DNA from: Myxococcales bacterium
Lineage (GTDB): Bacteria > Myxococcota_A > Polyangia > Polyangiales > JADJMO01
Reading direction: 5' to 3'
NCBI GenBank assembly: GCA_016709545.1
Contig: JADJMO010000002.1
Span: 289,993-353,992, forward strand
Length of the DNA stretch: 64,000 nucleotides
The notes under the pieces are model-generated. The model had not been told where the DNA came from, ran no database searches, and saw only the letters and a list, made by a program, of their open reading frames with translations. Position 1 is the first letter of the stretch, and every line of letters starts with the position of its first letter. This document shows, piece after piece, positions 60,748 through 64,000 of the stretch. Position numbers and translations under genes: made by a program.

Positions 60748-62513
60748 TTGTTCAGCCGCTACTACCAGGACGAGCTCGCATTCCTTCGGGAGATGGGGCG
60801 GGAGTTCGCGCAGGCCTACCCCAGCTCGCGCCGATGCTGGCCGACCGTGGCGGCGACCCGGACGTCGAGCGCCTGCTCGAGGGCACCGCGTTCCTCACCG
60901 GCCGCATCCGCCAGAAGCTCGACGACGAGCTCCCCGAGGCCATCCACGCCATCTCGATGCTGCTGTTCCCGCAGCTCGTCCGGCCGATCCCTTCGGCCAC
61001 CATCCTCGAGATCTCGCCGATGGCCAACGCCCTCCGCGAGCGTTACCTCGTGCCCCAGGGCACCGAGTTCGGCTCGGTGCCGGTCGACGGCCAGCAGTGC
61101 ATCTTCTCGTCGACGGCGCCGACCGAGATCTGCCCGTGGACGATCGAAGACGTCCGGCTCGAGCTGCTCCCCGGCGGCGGCCAGCAGCTGCGCGTCGAGA
61201 TGAAGGTGCCGCTCGGCCTGCCGATCGCCTCGTTCGCGCCCGACAAGCTGCGGCTCCACCTGACCGGCGAGGCGCGCAACGCGCTCGGCCTCCTGCACCT
61301 GCTCCACGAGCGCACGCAGTCGATGGTCCTCATCGAGACCACCAGCACGGGCGCCAAGGAGCGTGAGCTCCCCCTCGGCCGCCGCGCCCTGAGCTGGGCC
61401 GGCTTCGGCGACGACGAGGCGCTCCTGCCGTTTCCGCGCGCGGCGTTCCCGGGGTTCCGTCTGCTCGCCGAGTACTACGCCCTGCCGCAGAAGTTCTGCT
61501 TCCTCGACGTCGCGGGGGTGGGCCGGATCAGCGAGCTCGACCCCAACATCGATCGCTTCGCCATCGCGTTCCGCTTCGACGGACAGCTGCCCGCGGGCAC
61601 CCGCATCGCCAAGGACGCGATGAAGCTGCACTGCGTCCCGGTGGTCAACATCTTCTCGACCACCGCCGACCCGATCCGCCTCTCTCCGATGCGCGAGGAG
61701 TTCCTCGTGCGTCCCGCCGGTCTCGCTCCGGCGCAGGGCGAAGTCTACGCCGTCACGCGGGTGCAAGGGCTCTCCCGCGGGTCGAGCAAGCGCTTCGACG
61801 TCTCCTCGTTCTTCGACTTCTCGCACCTCGGCGCGGCGCGACAGGAGCAGTTCTTCTACAGCCTGCACCTGCGCCCGAGCGTCGTCGCCGAGGGCGTCGA
61901 CATGATGATGTCGTTCTCCACGCCCGAAGACGTGGGCGTGCCCCCCGACGTCGACGTCATCTCCATCGACATGCTCGCGACCAACCGGCAGCTCGCCGCG
62001 GCGATCCGTGCCGGCGAGATCAAGGAGCCCACCGCGTCTTCGCCGGCCATCTGCTCGTTCAAGAACCTGTCGGCGGTCACGCCCCACGTGCCACCGCCGC
62101 TCGGGCGCGAGCTGCAGTGGCGGGTCGTGGCCCACGCCGCCATGAACCTGCGCTCGCTCACCGAGCCCGAGGTGCTCCGCGCGGCGCTCGACGTCTACAA
62201 CCTGCACGGCCTGGTCGATCGACAGGCCGCGCGCGCCAACGAGCTCCGGCTCGCGGCCCTCAAGGACATCCGCCTCTCCGCCGCCGAGCGCGTGTGGCGT
62301 GGAACGGCCGTCCGCGGGGTCGGCATCGACATCGATCTCGACGAGAAGGGGTTCGATGGAGACGGTGACCTCTTCCTGTTCGGCGCGATCCTCGATCGCT
62401 TCTTCGCCAACTACGTCTCCCTCAACTCCTTCTCCCGGACGACCATCCACGGCGTCCAGAGCAAGCTGAACTTCGCATGGCCCCCGAGGAGCGGAAATCT
62501 AACGCTACTCTGA
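60748..62513 (+). pseudogene. tssF: T6SS baseplate subunit TssF, frame broken by a missing base at ~60828
   Basis: TTG 60748: FSRYYQDELAFLREMGREFAQAYPSS, then the frame switches to APMLADRGGDPDVERLLEGTAFLTGRI (ORF 60834..62513). Together these form the canonical TssF N-terminus. Confidence 0.9.
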
Positions 62514-63546
62514 GCGAACAGCTCGCCGCCGAGGCCCCGCGCTTCGACTTCGTGCGCGCCGTTCAGCTCTTGCAGCGCCTCTACCCGGGGACCACCCCGG
62601 TGGGAGAGAACGGCCCGCCGAGCGCCGAGGCGATCCGGTTCGCCCACGACCCCTCGTTCATCTTCCACGCGAGCGACATCACCTCGATCGAGCCGCGCAT
62701 CGTCCGCGCGGGCCATGTCTACGGCAAGATCACCACCACGTTCATGGGGCTCGTCGGGGCGGTCTCTCCGCTCGCGCCCCACCTCACCGAAGACCTCCTG
62801 CGGGCCGAGCAGGACGACGACCGCACGCTCCGCGACTTCTACGATCTCTTCCACCACCGGCTCATCAGCCTCATGTTCCGCGCGTGGAAGAAGTACCGCT
62901 TCGCCGCGGGCTTCCGCACCGACGCGGCCGACGCGTTCACCAAGCGCGCCTTCGCCTTCGTGGGCGTCGACGCGAACGGCGCGCTCCCCCAGCACGGCCT
63001 GCCGCCCGGCGATCTCCTCGGGCTCGCGAGCCTCGTCTCCCAGCACACCCGCCCCGCGCGCATGCTGCGCATCATCCTCGAGCGCCTGCTGCCGGGCGTG
63101 GGCGTGGAGATCGAGAGCTTCGTCGCGCGCCGCATGAACATCGAGGAGATCCAGCGGGTGCGGCTGGGCGTCGCCAACACCGTGCTCGGCGAGGACATGA
63201 CCATCGGCCGCTCGGTCCTCGACCGCTCGGCGCGTTCCGCGATCGTGGGGCCGGTGCCCTACGAGCTCTACGAGGCGTTCATGCCCGGCGGTCGCCACCA
63301 CGAGCGCCTGCGCCGCATCGTCGATCAGTTCTCTGGCGGCGTCCTCGAGCCCGAGCTCGAGCTCAAGCTCGAGCAGGCGGACGCGCCAAGTTCCGCCTCG
63401 GGCACGCGCGCGGCGCGGTGCTCGGCAAGAACACCCAGCTCGCCACCGAGCAGCGCGGACCGACCCGCGTGCGCATCGTGATGGGCGACGATCCCACCAA
63501 GAACAAGCCGCGCGTCGTCACCGACGACGAGCCCGAGGCCGCCTGA
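62477..63546 (+). pseudogene. tssG: T6SS baseplate subunit TssG, frame broken by a missing base at ~63386
   Basis: FDFVRAVQLLQRL, IRFAHDPSFIF, TTTFMGLVGAVSPLP-type blocks. The tail KFRLGHARGAVLGKNTQL..RVRIVMG lies in another frame (end of ORF 62884..63546). Start overlaps the tssF end. Confidence 0.85.
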
Positions 63547-64000
63547 TGTCCACGTACGGAGTGCTCTTCGTCGCCACCGAAGACGAGCTCGCGGATCATG
63601 TTCCCCGGGTGGAGCCTTCCGCGCGCGGAGCCCGACCTGCGCACCGTGTTCGACCTCCGCCTCGGCAAGCCGGTCGCGGCGCCGTGGTGGGTGCCGGACG
63701 GCTTCTCGAGCGACCACCCCGCCTCGCCGCTGCCCAGGGATCTGCGTCGCCCCGCCGTGCCGCCGGTCGTCCCGCCCGAACCCGACGAGGCCTTCCTCGA
63801 GGAGCGCGCGCCGAAGGCCCTCAAGAGCCTGCCGCACGCCTGCCTGCGACAGTTCGACGGCAGCGACCTGGTCGCGCTCGTGCGCCACCTCGTGCCGGAC
63901 GACGAGCTGCGCCCGGCCCGCGTCGCCCCGGACAACACGGCCATCGTGAAGCTCTCCTCGCACGCGATCCTCGGCCTCTCGGCCTACAAGAGCAGCGCGG
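63546..64000 (+). CDS. hypothetical protein downstream of tssG, 3' end outside window; probable frame break in the C4 run 63603-63606
   Basis: ATG 63546 overlaps the tssG stop (TGATG): MSTYGVLFVATEDELADHVP. The GC3-rich frame then continues as GWSLPRAEPDLRTVFDLRLGKPVAAPWWVPDGF.. to the window end. Confidence 0.5.
   Translation, partial: MSTYGVLFVATEDELADHVPRVEPSARGARPAHRVRPPPRQAGRGAVVGAGRLLERPPRLAAAQGSASPRRAAGRPARTRRGLPRGARAEGPQEPAARLPATVRRQRPGRARAPPRAGRRAAPGPRRPGQHGHREALLARDPRPLGLQEQR

Overview
Very GC-rich bacterial chromosomal segment with strong GC3 codon bias. The gene content looks myxobacterial (inference): several Ser/Thr kinases, Cys-rich repeat lipoproteins, PilT paralogues and many lipobox proteins. 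No rRNA, tRNA, CRISPR array, transposase or integrase was recognised. Layout: (i) 1-12.3 kb is housekeeping: paired M16 peptidases, a hydrolase, an ABC-F ATPase, folD, a TPR-kinase, a vWA lipoprotein and parAB. (ii) 12.3-37.6 kb is mixed: M3 oligopeptidase, a Cys-rich lipoprotein divergent from a hybrid histidine kinase, beta-carbonic anhydrase, two tandem PilT-like ATPases, an SCPx-type thiolase, hppD-hmgA with a divergent LysR gene, yciH, a papain-like peptidase, a methyltransferase, a kinase with a KGDKD repeat tail and TPR proteins. (iii) 37.7-64 kb is a large type VI secretion (T6SS) locus. One long minus-strand operon reads slt-clpV-tssJ-tssK-tssL-tssM-tagF-tssA-tssB-tssC. Alongside it are tagH, hcp, an Imm52-like gene, a Uma2 nuclease remnant, a PAP2-like gene, a fused TssB-TssC-like paralogue, a lipoprotein and tssE-tssF-tssG. 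Most notable observations: (a) the second, divergent sheath-like protein that fuses TssB-like and TssC-like parts. (b) A ~1-kb convergent intergenic region holding about 4 tandem copies of a ~180-bp non-coding unit, closed by a perfect 25-bp inverted copy of its core. (c) Two short GC-rich hairpin/REP-like repeat families. (d) At least ten single-base indels at short base runs that break otherwise recognisable genes, including clpV, tssF and tssG. These are either assembly errors or real pseudogenisation; raw reads are needed to decide. All calls come from reading the sequence and the ORF track by eye; no searches were run.
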